Shown in pieces: positions 56,579 through 64,000 of a stretch of DNA of 64,000 bases. This DNA comes from Limimaricola sp. (GTDB taxonomy: Bacteria; Pseudomonadota; Alphaproteobacteria; Rhodobacterales; Rhodobacteraceae). The notes under the pieces were generated by a model. The model was given only the letters and a program-made list of their open reading frames with translations, had not been told where the DNA came from and searched no databases. The stretch spans positions 201,128-265,127 of the forward strand of contig NZ_WGLM01000001.1 of assembly GCF_016125575.1 (NCBI RefSeq), read 5' to 3'. Numbering within the stretch: position 1 is the first letter of the stretch; each line of letters begins with the position of its first letter. A program made the position numbers and the translations under genes.

Positions 56579-57946
56579 TCAGGCCCGGCGCGCCCAGAGA
56601 TCGTATTCGTCGGCCTCTTCCACCACGACATGTAGCCGGTCACCGGGCGCCAGCCCGGCAAAGCCCTCGTCGATGAACAGCGTGCCGTCGATCTCTGGCG
56701 CATCGCCCCTGGTGCGGCAGGTGGCGGCCTCGTCATCGACGGCATCGACGATGACCTCTATCGTTTTTCCAACCTTGGCAGCCAGTTTCGCCGCCGAAAT
56801 CGCCTGCGCCTTTTCCATGAAGCGATCATAGCGCTCCTGCTTGACCGCGTCGGGCACGTGGTCGGGCAGGGCGTTGGCGCGGGCGCCCTTGACGTTCTCG
56901 TACTGAAAGCAGCCGACCCGGTCGAGCTGCGCCTCGTCCAGCCAGTCCAGCAGCGTCTGGAACTCGGCCTCGGTCTCGCCCGGATAGCCGACGATGAAGG
57001 TCGAGCGCAGGGTGATCTCGGGGCACACCGCGCGCCATGCGGCGATTTCATCCAGCGTTTTCGCCGCCGCCGCCGGCCGGGCCATGCGGCGCAGCGTGTC
57101 GGGATGGGCGTGCTGGAACGGCACGTCGAGATAGGGCAGCACAAGGCCCTCAGCCATCAGCGGGATCAGGTCGCGCACATGCGGGTAGGGGTAGATGTAA
57201 TGCAGCCGCACCCATGCGCCGAGACTGCCAAGATCGCGCGCCAGATCGGTGATGTGGGCGCGGTGGCCCTTCTCGGTCGCGTGGCGCAGGTCGAGGCCAT
57301 AGGCCGAGGTGTCCTGGCTGATGACCAGCAGTTCCTTCACCCCCGCGTCAACCAGCCGCTCGGCCTCGCGCAGGACCGCGTGCGCCGGGCGCGACTGCAG
57401 CCGGCCGCGCATATCGGGGATGATGCAGAACTTGCACTTGTGGTTACAGCCCTCTGAAATCTTGAGGTAACTGTAATGCCGCGGCGTCAGCGAGACGGCG
57501 CTGGCGGGCAGCAGGTCGATGAACGGGTCGGGCGCGGGCGGCACGGCGGCATGGACCGCGTCCAGCACCTGTTCGTATTGATGCGGCCCGGTGACGGCCA
57601 GCACCTTGGGGTGCGCGCCGGTGATGTAGTCGGGCTCGGCCCCCAGGCAGCCGGTGACGATGACCCGGCCATTCTCGCGCAACGCCTCGCCGATGGCCTC
57701 CAGGCTTTCGGCCTTGGCGCTGTCGAGGAAGCCGCAGGTATTAACGATCACCGCATCGGCGCCGGCATAGTCGGGGCTGATCGCATAGCCTTCGGCGCGC
57801 AGCCGCGTCAGGATGCGTTCGCTATCGACCAGCGCCTTGGGGCAGCCAAGGCTGACCATGCCGACGGTCGGCTGGCCCGGGCGCGCGGCGTCGGGCACGC
57901 GGGCGCGGGCAAGGTCGGGGCGAAGGTCGGGCGGGTTCTGGCTCAT
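56579..57946 (-). CDS. rimO: Ribosomal protein S12 methylthiotransferase
   Basis: [13 protein letters not shown], radical-SAM CNHKCKFC, C-terminal TRAM domain, 455 aa. Confidence 0.93.
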   Translation of the reverse strand: MSQNPPDLRPDLARARVPDAARPGQPTVGMVSLGCPKALVDSERILTRLRAEGYAISPDYAGADAVIVNTCGFLDSAKAESLEAIGEALRENGRVIVTGCLGAEPDYITGAHPKVLAVTGPHQYEQVLDAVHAAVPPAPDPFIDLLPASAVSLTPRHYSYLKISEGCNHKCKFCIIPDMRGRLQSRPAHAVLREAERLVDAGVKELLVISQDTSAYGLDLRHATEKGHRAHITDLARDLGSLGAWVRLHYIYPYPHVRDLIPLMAEGLVLPYLDVPFQHAHPDTLRRMARPAAAAKTLDEIAAWRAVCPEITLRSTFIVGYPGETEAEFQTLLDWLDEAQLDRVGCFQYENVKGARANALPDHVPDAVKQERYDRFMEKAQAISAAKLAAKVGKTIEVIVDAVDDEAATCRTRGDAPEIDGTLFIDEGFAGLAPGDRLHVVVEEADEYDLWARRA

Positions 57947-57989
57947 CCGCGCGGATATACGCGAGCGGCGGGTGTGGGGGAAGGCCCCG

Positions 57990-58769
57990 TCAGACCCGCT
58001 TTTTCTGCATCCGATGCACCATTCCCAGGACCGTGCGGCGCGGCAGGAACGGCAGGACCCAGCCCAGGGCCAGCGCCATGCGCCAGTCGTCGATCACCAG
58101 CGGCTTGCCCGCCAGCATCGCGTCATAGCCGATCCGCGCGACCTTGCCTGCCGGGGCCGCGCTGTTGCCCAGCGCGGTGGAGGTCAGGTTCGCCGTCTCG
58201 AAGAACTCGGTCGCGACGGGCCCGGGTGCCAGCACGGTCGAGGTGACACCCTGCGCGCGCAACTCCTCGCCCAGGGCCTGGCCAAAGCTGTTCACGAAGG
58301 CCTTGGAGGCATAGTAAGTGGCCTGCAGAGGCCCCGGCAACATTCCGGCGGTCGAGCCGACATGCAGCATCCGGCCCTTGCCGCGCGCGGCCATCGCGCG
58401 GGCGAAATGGTGGCTCAGCACCATCGGCGCGCGCACGTTCACCTCCAGCATCTGCAGGTCGCGCGGCAGCTCGCGGTCGGTAAAGGCGCCGTGGCCGCCA
58501 AAGCCCGCGTTATTGATCAGCACGTCCACCGACAGGCCCGCCGCCTCGACCGCCGCGATCAACGCCTCGGCCCCGCCCGGCGTGCCGAGATCCTGCACGA
58601 TGACATGGACCGCGATGTCGTGCTTGCCCTGCAACTCGGCCTTCAACGCCTCCAGCGCATCGCCGCGCCGCGCCGTCAGGATCAGGTCGCCGCCGCGGGC
58701 GGCATGGATGCGGGCAAACTCGCGGCCAAGGCCGGACGAGGCGCCGGTGATCAGGGCTGTATTGGGCAT
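57990..58769 (-). CDS. SDR family oxidoreductase
   Basis: [17 protein letters not shown]. Confidence 0.88.
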   Translation of the reverse strand: MPNTALITGASSGLGREFARIHAARGGDLILTARRGDALEALKAELQGKHDIAVHVIVQDLGTPGGAEALIAAVEAAGLSVDVLINNAGFGGHGAFTDRELPRDLQMLEVNVRAPMVLSHHFARAMAARGKGRMLHVGSTAGMLPGPLQATYYASKAFVNSFGQALGEELRAQGVTSTVLAPGPVATEFFETANLTSTALGNSAAPAGKVARIGYDAMLAGKPLVIDDWRMALALGWVLPFLPRRTVLGMVHRMQKKRV

Positions 58770-58781
58770 GGGCTTGGTCCT

Positions 58782-58799
58782 TTGTCAACGTTTGTTGAC
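58782..58799. promoter_or_regulatory. Candidate TetR operator 1
   Basis: TTGTCAAC-gtt-TGTTGAC (GTCAAC-N4-GTTGAC inverted repeat), 13 nt upstream of the SDR start. Confidence 0.5.
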
Positions 58800-58824
58800 T
58801 TTCAGGTAGCTCTGACAGGGCGTC

Positions 58825-58842
58825 TTGTCAACGGATGTTGAC
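58825..58842. promoter_or_regulatory. Candidate TetR operator 2
   Basis: TTGTCAAC-gga-TGTTGAC matches operator 1 at 16/18 positions, 43 nt away. Confidence 0.5.
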
Positions 58843-58872
58843 GAAATTTGCCGCGCGCGTCACAAGGACAGG

Positions 58873-59451
58873 ATGCGCAAGGCCGACCAGACCCGTGACA
58901 AGCTTGTCGAGGCTGCCCGCGCCGCATTCTGGGCGCGCGGCTATTCCAACGTGCCGCTGCGCGACATCGCGAGGGCGGCGGGCGTCGATGTGGCGCTTAT
59001 CTCGCGCTATTTCGGCGGCAAGCAGGGGCTGTTCGAGGCCGCGCTGAACGGCGCCTTCGACTGGCCTGACCTGTTCGACGGCACCGAAGACCCGTTCGGC
59101 ACGATCCTGGCCAAGTTCTCGAACCCCGCGAAAGAGGGTTTCGAGCGGCAGGTGGTGCGCATGATCCTGATGAACGCCACCGATCCCGATGTCGGCCCGC
59201 TGGTCCGCGCCGAGATGGAACGCAAGCTCTTGGCGCCCCTGCGTGCGCGGCTGGGGGGCGAAGGGGCGGCGGCCAATGTCGCGCTGTTCGTTGCCGCACT
59301 TCTGGGCGCGTCGCTGGCGCGGCAGGGGCTGCAACTGCATGGCCTGGCCGACCAGCCGTCCGCGGTCTACGCCGCGCAGCTGCGCCACCTTGTCGATGCG
59401 GCGCTGTCCTTCGATGTAGCGGCGGGGACTCAGGCCGGGGCGGGGCGGTAG
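58873..59451 (+). CDS. TetR/AcrR family transcriptional regulator
   Basis: MRKADQTRDKLVEAARAAFWARGYSNVPLRDIARAAGVDVALISRYFGGK is the HTH. It is divergent from the SDR gene. Confidence 0.85.
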   Translation: MRKADQTRDKLVEAARAAFWARGYSNVPLRDIARAAGVDVALISRYFGGKQGLFEAALNGAFDWPDLFDGTEDPFGTILAKFSNPAKEGFERQVVRMILMNATDPDVGPLVRAEMERKLLAPLRARLGGEGAAANVALFVAALLGASLARQGLQLHGLADQPSAVYAAQLRHLVDAALSFDVAAGTQAGAGR

Positions 59452-60041
59452 CCGAAACCGGGCATGATCTCGGCGATGCCCGGCAGGTCGTCTTGCCCCG
59501 TGGCGCCCGCCATCTGGCCCGACATGGTCAGCACCGCGTAGCCGTGCACCATGGACCACAGCATCATCTCGGTCTTGAGCAGGGCATCGGGGCCGGTGCC
59601 CTTGTCCCAGTCCAGCCCTTCCGAGATGCCCGCCAGCACCGCGAAGCTTTCGCCCGCCGCGGCGACAAGCGCGGGATCTTCGAAATCGCAATGGATGGGC
59701 GAGAACATCATGCCGAAAAGGTGCGGATGCGTCGTGGCGAAGCGGACATAGCCCTCCATCGCGGCACGCAGGCGGGCGGGCCTGTCGGGCGCGGCGCCCA
59801 GCCCTTCGCGCATGAAGGCGGCATGGCGGCGGAACCCCTCGGCCGCGATCGCCGTCAACAACCCGCGCAGAGAGCCGAAATGGTTCTTCGGCGCGGTATG
59901 GCTGACGCCCACGCGCGCGGCGATGGCCCGCAGGGTCAAGGCCGGCAGGCCCTCGGTTTCCAGTATCTCCAGCCCCGCGGCGACAAGGGCGTTCTTGAGA
60001 TTGCCGTGGTGGTAGGTGTCGCGGGTCTCGGGGCTGGTCAT
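59430..60041 (-). CDS. TetR/AcrR family transcriptional regulator
   Basis: HHGNLKNALVAAGLEILETEGLPALTLRAIAARVGVSHTAPKNHFG. Confidence 0.88.
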   Translation of the reverse strand: MTSPETRDTYHHGNLKNALVAAGLEILETEGLPALTLRAIAARVGVSHTAPKNHFGSLRGLLTAIAAEGFRRHAAFMREGLGAAPDRPARLRAAMEGYVRFATTHPHLFGMMFSPIHCDFEDPALVAAAGESFAVLAGISEGLDWDKGTGPDALLKTEMMLWSMVHGYAVLTMSGQMAGATGQDDLPGIAEIMPGFGYRPAPA

Positions 60042-60112
60042 CGCTTCTCCGGGCTTATCTTTCCAACGTAAATATTTCCGCTGGACAGATCAAGCGAATC
60101 GCTCCATCTATA

Positions 60113-60125
60113 TTTCCAATGGAAA
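60113..60125. promoter_or_regulatory. Palindrome in the TetR / DUF4281 divergent region
   Basis: TTTCCA-a-TGGAAA lies in an AT-rich patch. ATATTTCC is repeated at 60072..60079 and 60110..60117. Confidence 0.4.
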
Positions 60126-60144
60126 CTTACAGTGGAGAGATGCC

Positions 60145-60597
60145 GTGACGCCCGATGCCCTGTTCAGCCTTGCCGGCACGCTGGCCCTGCCCGGATGGGC
60201 GATCCTGATCTTCGCGCCGCGCCGCTGGCCCGCGCTGAATGCGGTGCCCGCCGTGGTGCTGCCGCTGGTCCTGTCGGCAGGCTATACCCTTCTGATCCTT
60301 GCCTATTTCGCCGGGGCGGGGGGCGATTTCAGCTTGATCGCCGGGGTGCGGCAGCTGTTCATGGACGACTATGTCCTTGTCGCGGGCTGGGTGCATTACC
60401 TGGCGTTCGACATGATCGTGGGCGCGCTGGCGGCAGGCCTGATGGACCGCGCCGGGATCGGCCGGATCGTTCAGGCCTTCGTCCTTGGCACCGTCTTCCT
60501 GTTCGGGCCGCTGGGCTACCTGCTGGCCCGGTCGCTGGTCGGTGCGCTGGGGCCAATGGGCCTGTTGGCCCGCACCTTTCAGCCGCAGGAGGGCTGA
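60145..60597 (+). CDS. DUF4281 (ABA4-like) membrane protein
   Basis: 150 aa from GTG 60145, with GGAGAG upstream. LFSLAGTLALPGWAILIFAPRRW...AGWVHYLAFDM pattern. Confidence 0.7.
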   Translation: MTPDALFSLAGTLALPGWAILIFAPRRWPALNAVPAVVLPLVLSAGYTLLILAYFAGAGGDFSLIAGVRQLFMDDYVLVAGWVHYLAFDMIVGALAAGLMDRAGIGRIVQAFVLGTVFLFGPLGYLLARSLVGALGPMGLLARTFQPQEG

Positions 60598-60600
60598 TCC

Positions 60601-61392
60601 ATGATGTCGCTGTCCATTTCCGCCGCCCGGCCCGACCCGTTCCTGACCCTTACGGCCGCCGCGGCGGTGCTGCTGGCCCTGGCCGTCGGCTGGTCTGCGG
60701 TCGATCACCGGATGGTGGGCGACGCGCAGGTCTGGGTGAAGCCGGCCAAGTTCGCCCTGTCCTTCATCGTGCATTTCGCGACGCTCGCCCTGATCATGCG
60801 CGTGCTGTCGCCCGAATGGCGCGAGGGGCGCGCGCTGGGCCTGACGGCCGGGGTGATGGCCACGGCGTTCCTCGGCGAAATGGCCTATATCTTCGTGCAG
60901 GCCGCGCAGGCGCAACCGTCGCATTTCTACGTGAGCGACGGCTTTCACAGCATCATGTATCGCCTGATGGGCTTTGGCGCGGTGCTGCTTATCCTCGGGC
61001 CGCTGGTGGTGGCCTGGGCGGCGGTGTCCGACCGCGCGGCGGCCCTTGGCCCGGCGACGCGGGCGGGCATCGGCTGGGGCGCGGCGGCGTCCTTCGTGCT
61101 GACAATGATCACCGCGGGCACGATGGGCGCACGGCTAAGCCATTTCGTGGGCAACCCGCCCCCCGGCGCGCCGACGCTGCCCTTCTTCGGCTGGTCCGCG
61201 GCGGTGGGCGATCTCAGGCCCGCGCATTTCGTGGCGCTGCACGCGCTGCAGGTGCTGCCGCTGGCAGGGCTGCTGCTGGACCGGGCCGGACTGGGCGCGG
61301 GGGCGGTCCGCTGGGTTGCCTTGGGCTGGGGCGCGCTGAGCCTCGGTCTTTATGCGCAGGCGCTGATGGGGCTGCCGCTGATCCGCCTATGA
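60601..61392 (+). CDS. Hypothetical polytopic membrane protein
   Basis: 263 aa with about 6 TM segments. It starts 3 nt after DUF4281. I recognise no family. Confidence 0.65.
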   Translation: MMSLSISAARPDPFLTLTAAAAVLLALAVGWSAVDHRMVGDAQVWVKPAKFALSFIVHFATLALIMRVLSPEWREGRALGLTAGVMATAFLGEMAYIFVQAAQAQPSHFYVSDGFHSIMYRLMGFGAVLLILGPLVVAWAAVSDRAAALGPATRAGIGWGAAASFVLTMITAGTMGARLSHFVGNPPPGAPTLPFFGWSAAVGDLRPAHFVALHALQVLPLAGLLLDRAGLGAGAVRWVALGWGALSLGLYAQALMGLPLIRL

Positions 61393-61396
61393 CATT

Positions 61397-61433
61397 GCAA
61401 AAAGACAAGGCCGCCGGGCGTAACCCGGCGGCC
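61397..61433 (-). terminator. Intrinsic terminator of gcrA (also closes the plus-strand membrane gene)
   Basis: The minus strand reads GGCCGCCGGG-ttacg-CCCGGCGGCC followed by TTGTCTTTTTGC. Confidence 0.75.
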
Positions 61434-61458
61434 GTTCATGTTCGAGATTGGAAAAGTC

Positions 61459-62055
61459 CTAGCGGCGGCGATCGCGCCGGCTGCTCATCGGCTGGAAGGC
61501 GACTCCGACATGCGCCTCGCAATAGGGTTTGCCGGCTTGGCTGGGCAGGCCGCAGAACCAGAAATTGTCGGTCGCGGGGTCGCCCACCGGCCATTTGCAG
61601 GTCTTCTCGGTCAGTTCCATCAGGCTGAGGCGCCGGGCGGTCTTTTCCACCTCGTTGACCTTGGCCAGCGCCTCGGGGCTGATCTCGTTGGCCGAAGGTT
61701 GCGGCGGCAGCGGCTGGCCCGCGGGGATGATGGCGCGGCGCGCAGCACTCATCGGGATACCGTTCTCGTCCGCAATAACATCTTGCTGTTCGGCGGCCTC
61801 TTGCGCCGGGGCGGCAGCCGGAGACACCTCGGCGGCGGCCTCGGCCGGTGCCGCGGCGGCGGGCGCAGGGGCCTCGGCCGTCTCGGTCTCACCGCTGGCG
61901 CCGGCCCCCACGCGGTTGGACAGGCCAAGGCGATGCACCTTGCCGATGACCGCGTTACGGGTCACGCCGCCAAGTTCCTTGGCGATCTGGCTGGCCGACT
62001 GGCCGTCGGTCCACAACTTCTTGAGCAGCTCGACGCGCTCGTCGGTCCAGGACAT
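61459..62055 (-). CDS. gcrA: Cell-cycle transcriptional regulator GcrA
   Basis: MSWTDERVELLKKLWTDGQSASQIAKELGGVTRNAVIGKVHRLGL...CKWPVGDP...FCG...PYCEAH. Confidence 0.95.
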   Translation of the reverse strand: MSWTDERVELLKKLWTDGQSASQIAKELGGVTRNAVIGKVHRLGLSNRVGAGASGETETAEAPAPAAAAPAEAAAEVSPAAAPAQEAAEQQDVIADENGIPMSAARRAIIPAGQPLPPQPSANEISPEALAKVNEVEKTARRLSLMELTEKTCKWPVGDPATDNFWFCGLPSQAGKPYCEAHVGVAFQPMSSRRDRRR

Positions 62056-62186
62056 GGCTTTTCCTCTGGTTCATTTGCCACCGGTGGCCCAACGGGCGTT
62101 CCGGTCTTGCATCATCGGGCGATCCCCTATTCTAAGCAGCCTGACGGCGGATACAAGGTTGCGCCGTGCAGAAAGGAGACCCCGCG

Positions 62187-62984
62187 ATGGCGATGGAGAT
62201 GGGTGTGCGGCGTTTCGGCCGGGTCAACTGGCTGGGAACGTGGTCGCTGGCGACGCGCGAAGTGCAGCGCTTCATGAATGTCTGGTCGCAGACGGTCATG
62301 GCGCCACTGATCAACGCCGCGTTGTTCCTGATGATTTTTACGCTGGCGATCGGCTCGCAGCGCGGCGACGTGATGGGTGTGCCCTTTTTGCGGTTCATCG
62401 CGCCGGGCATCCTGACCATGACGGTGATCCAGAACGCGTTTGCCAATACCTCGTCCTCGTTGGCCTCGGCCAAGGTGCAGGGCAATATCGTCGACACGCT
62501 GATGCCGCCGCTCAGCGGGGCAGAGCTTGTGGCGGGCTATTTGGCCGGCGCCGTGGCGCGCGGCCTGCTGGTGGCGGCTGTCATCGCGCTGGGGGTCTGG
62601 ATCTTCCTTGGGGTGGGTCTGGCGCATCCGCTTTGGGTGCTGGTCTTCACCTTTCTGGGGTCGGTCTTCATGGGCGCACTGGGTCTGATCGCGGGTATTT
62701 TCGCCAACAAGTTCGACCAGCTTTCGGCGATCAGCAACTTCCTGATCACGCCGCTCTCGTTCCTGTCCGGCACCTTCTATTCGATCGATGCGCTGCCCGA
62801 CCCGATGCGGACGATGAGCCATGCCAATCCGATCTTCTACATCATCGACGGTGTGCGGTTCGGCATGCTGGGCGTCTCTGACAGCCCGCCGTTGACGGGA
62901 CTTGCGGTGGTGTTGGTGGCATCGGCGGCAGTCGTTGCTTTGTGCTGGCACTGGTTCCGGCGCGGCTATCGCCTGAAGGCCTGA
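62187..62984 (+). CDS. ABC-2 type transporter permease (YadH/NodJ-like)
   Basis: 6 TM, ABC-2 pattern. AAGGAG lies 8 nt before ATG 62187. No adjacent ATPase gene is in the window. Confidence 0.8.
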   Translation: MAMEMGVRRFGRVNWLGTWSLATREVQRFMNVWSQTVMAPLINAALFLMIFTLAIGSQRGDVMGVPFLRFIAPGILTMTVIQNAFANTSSSLASAKVQGNIVDTLMPPLSGAELVAGYLAGAVARGLLVAAVIALGVWIFLGVGLAHPLWVLVFTFLGSVFMGALGLIAGIFANKFDQLSAISNFLITPLSFLSGTFYSIDALPDPMRTMSHANPIFYIIDGVRFGMLGVSDSPPLTGLAVVLVASAAVVALCWHWFRRGYRLKA

Positions 62985-63080
62985 GCGCGCGGAGGGGCAC
63001 TGCCGGGCGTTGACACGCCCGCGCCCCTCGGCCACCAACAGGAACGGCCTTTTCCGGCCGCGACCCCTGTGGAGAGAACG

Positions 63081-64000
63081 ATGATTTCCTCGATCCTGCC
63101 CACCTACAACCGTGCGCCCCTGAGCTTCGTCAAGGGCGAGGGAAGCTGGCTGACCGAGGCATCGGGGCGACGCTACCTTGATCTTGGCGCGGGGATCGCG
63201 GTGAATGCGCTGGGCCATGCCAACCCCGCGCTGGTGGCCGCGCTGACGGCACAGGCCAATGCGCTTTGGCATGTGTCGAACCTCTACACCATCCCGCAGC
63301 AGCAGGAACTGGCCGACCGGCTGGTCGAGGCGACCTTTGCCGATACGGTCTTTTTCACCAATTCCGGGACCGAGGCCTGCGAATTAGCCGTGAAGATGGC
63401 GCGCAAGCATTTCAATGACACCGGCCGCCCCCAGCGGACCGGCATCATCACCTTCGAGGGGTCGTTTCACGGCCGCTCTAGCGCGGGCATCGCCGCGGCC
63501 GGGTCCGAGAAGATGACCAAGGGCTTTTCGCCGCTCTTGGCGGGCTTCATTCATGTCCCCTTCGGCGATCACGACGCGCTGCGCGACGCCGCCGCCCGCC
63601 ATGACGTGGGCGCGATCCTGATCGAGCCGGTGCAGGGCGAGGGCGGCATCCGCCCGGTGCCCGACCAGTGCTTGAAGGGATTGCGCGACCTTTGCGACGA
63701 ACACGGGCTGCTCCTGATCTTCGACGAGGTGCAATGCGGCATGGGCCGGACCGGCAAGCTTTTCGCCCATGAATGGTCCGGCATCACGCCCGATATCATG
63801 ATGGTGGCCAAGGGCATTGGCGGTGGTTTCCCGTTGGGCGCGGTGCTGGCGACCGCGATGGCGGCCGATGCGATGACGGCGGGCACGCACGGGTCGACCT
63901 ATGGCGGCAACCCGCTGGCCTGCGCGGTCGGCAACGCTGTGATGGGCATCATCGCGACCGATGCCTTCCTTGCCGAGGTTAACCGCAAGGCGGGCCTCTT
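63081..64000 (+). CDS. argD: Acetylornithine/succinyldiaminopimelate aminotransferase (N-terminal about 306 aa; continues beyond window end)
   Basis: [24 protein letters not shown]...FFTNSGTEA...[11 protein letters not shown]...[14 protein letters not shown] precedes ATG 63081. It is not in the ORF track because it has no stop in the window. Confidence 0.9.
   Translation, partial: MISSILPTYNRAPLSFVKGEGSWLTEASGRRYLDLGAGIAVNALGHANPALVAALTAQANALWHVSNLYTIPQQQELADRLVEATFADTVFFTNSGTEACELAVKMARKHFNDTGRPQRTGIITFEGSFHGRSSAGIAAAGSEKMTKGFSPLLAGFIHVPFGDHDALRDAAARHDVGAILIEPVQGEGGIRPVPDQCLKGLRDLCDEHGLLLIFDEVQCGMGRTGKLFAHEWSGITPDIMMVAKGIGGGFPLGAVLATAMAADAMTAGTHGSTYGGNPLACAVGNAVMGIIATDAFLAEVNRKAGL

Noticed and set aside
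62078-62092. Palindrome CCACCGGTGG in the gcrA leader, and a weak DnaA-box-like TGTATCCGC nearby
   Set aside because: It is short, GC-rich and expected by chance in this composition. The DnaA-box match is only 6 of 9.

Overview
This is a GC-rich chromosomal segment; third codon positions are almost all G/C. Gene content suggests core genome of a Rhodobacteraceae-type alphaproteobacterium. That inference rests on a smoEFGK-smoS-mtlK polyol operon like the one described in Rhodobacter sphaeroides, a class I LysRS, GcrA, and DUF1467 next to mce. I call about 72 protein genes and one tRNA-Ala(CGC). I see no rRNA, CRISPR, transposase or integrase.

Gene order:
- ybbP/ybbA divergent from tesA, two tandem csp genes, trxC, ettA, an aldo-keto reductase.
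- A translationally coupled GNAT-GH43-beta-propeller trio, then nadD, dacB, terB, lysK.
- DUF4864 and an orphan 762-aa beta-helix protein.
- A complete urease cluster, ureDABC-(small DUF1127-like ORF)-ureEFG.
- The polyol operon with smoC and a HAD phosphatase, a Cys-rich membrane protein and tRNA-Ala.
- A USP, carB, a BchJ/V4R-like protein, pabBC, cfa, aspS.
- A cupredoxin-FTR1 iron permease pair divergent from a DUF1800/DUF1501 (Tat) pair.
- An orphan response regulator, mce, DUF1467, a nitroreductase, an HDAC-like amidohydrolase, DUF167, an M48 lipoprotein, hemolysin III, dgkA.
- A four-gene plcP-like/GT21/DedA/GT2 operon.
- rimO, an SDR with a TetR regulator, a second TetR with DUF4281 and a membrane protein, gcrA, an ABC-2 permease, argD.

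Most noteworthy observations:
1. The plcP-like/GT21/DedA/GT2 operon is preceded by an 11-nt-phased Pho-box-like array.
2. A roughly 55-nt intergenic repeat family has at least three copies, each just upstream of a start codon.
3. The beta-helix (tailspike/depolymerase-like) protein has no signal peptide and no phage neighbours.
4. A DUF1127-like small ORF sits inside the urease operon.
5. The DUF1800/DUF1501 pair has unknown function.

All functional calls rest on motif and family recognition from the translated ORFs; no database search was possible. Many long ORFs in the track are antisense artefacts of the high GC content. Start codons were chosen inside several over-extended track ORFs.
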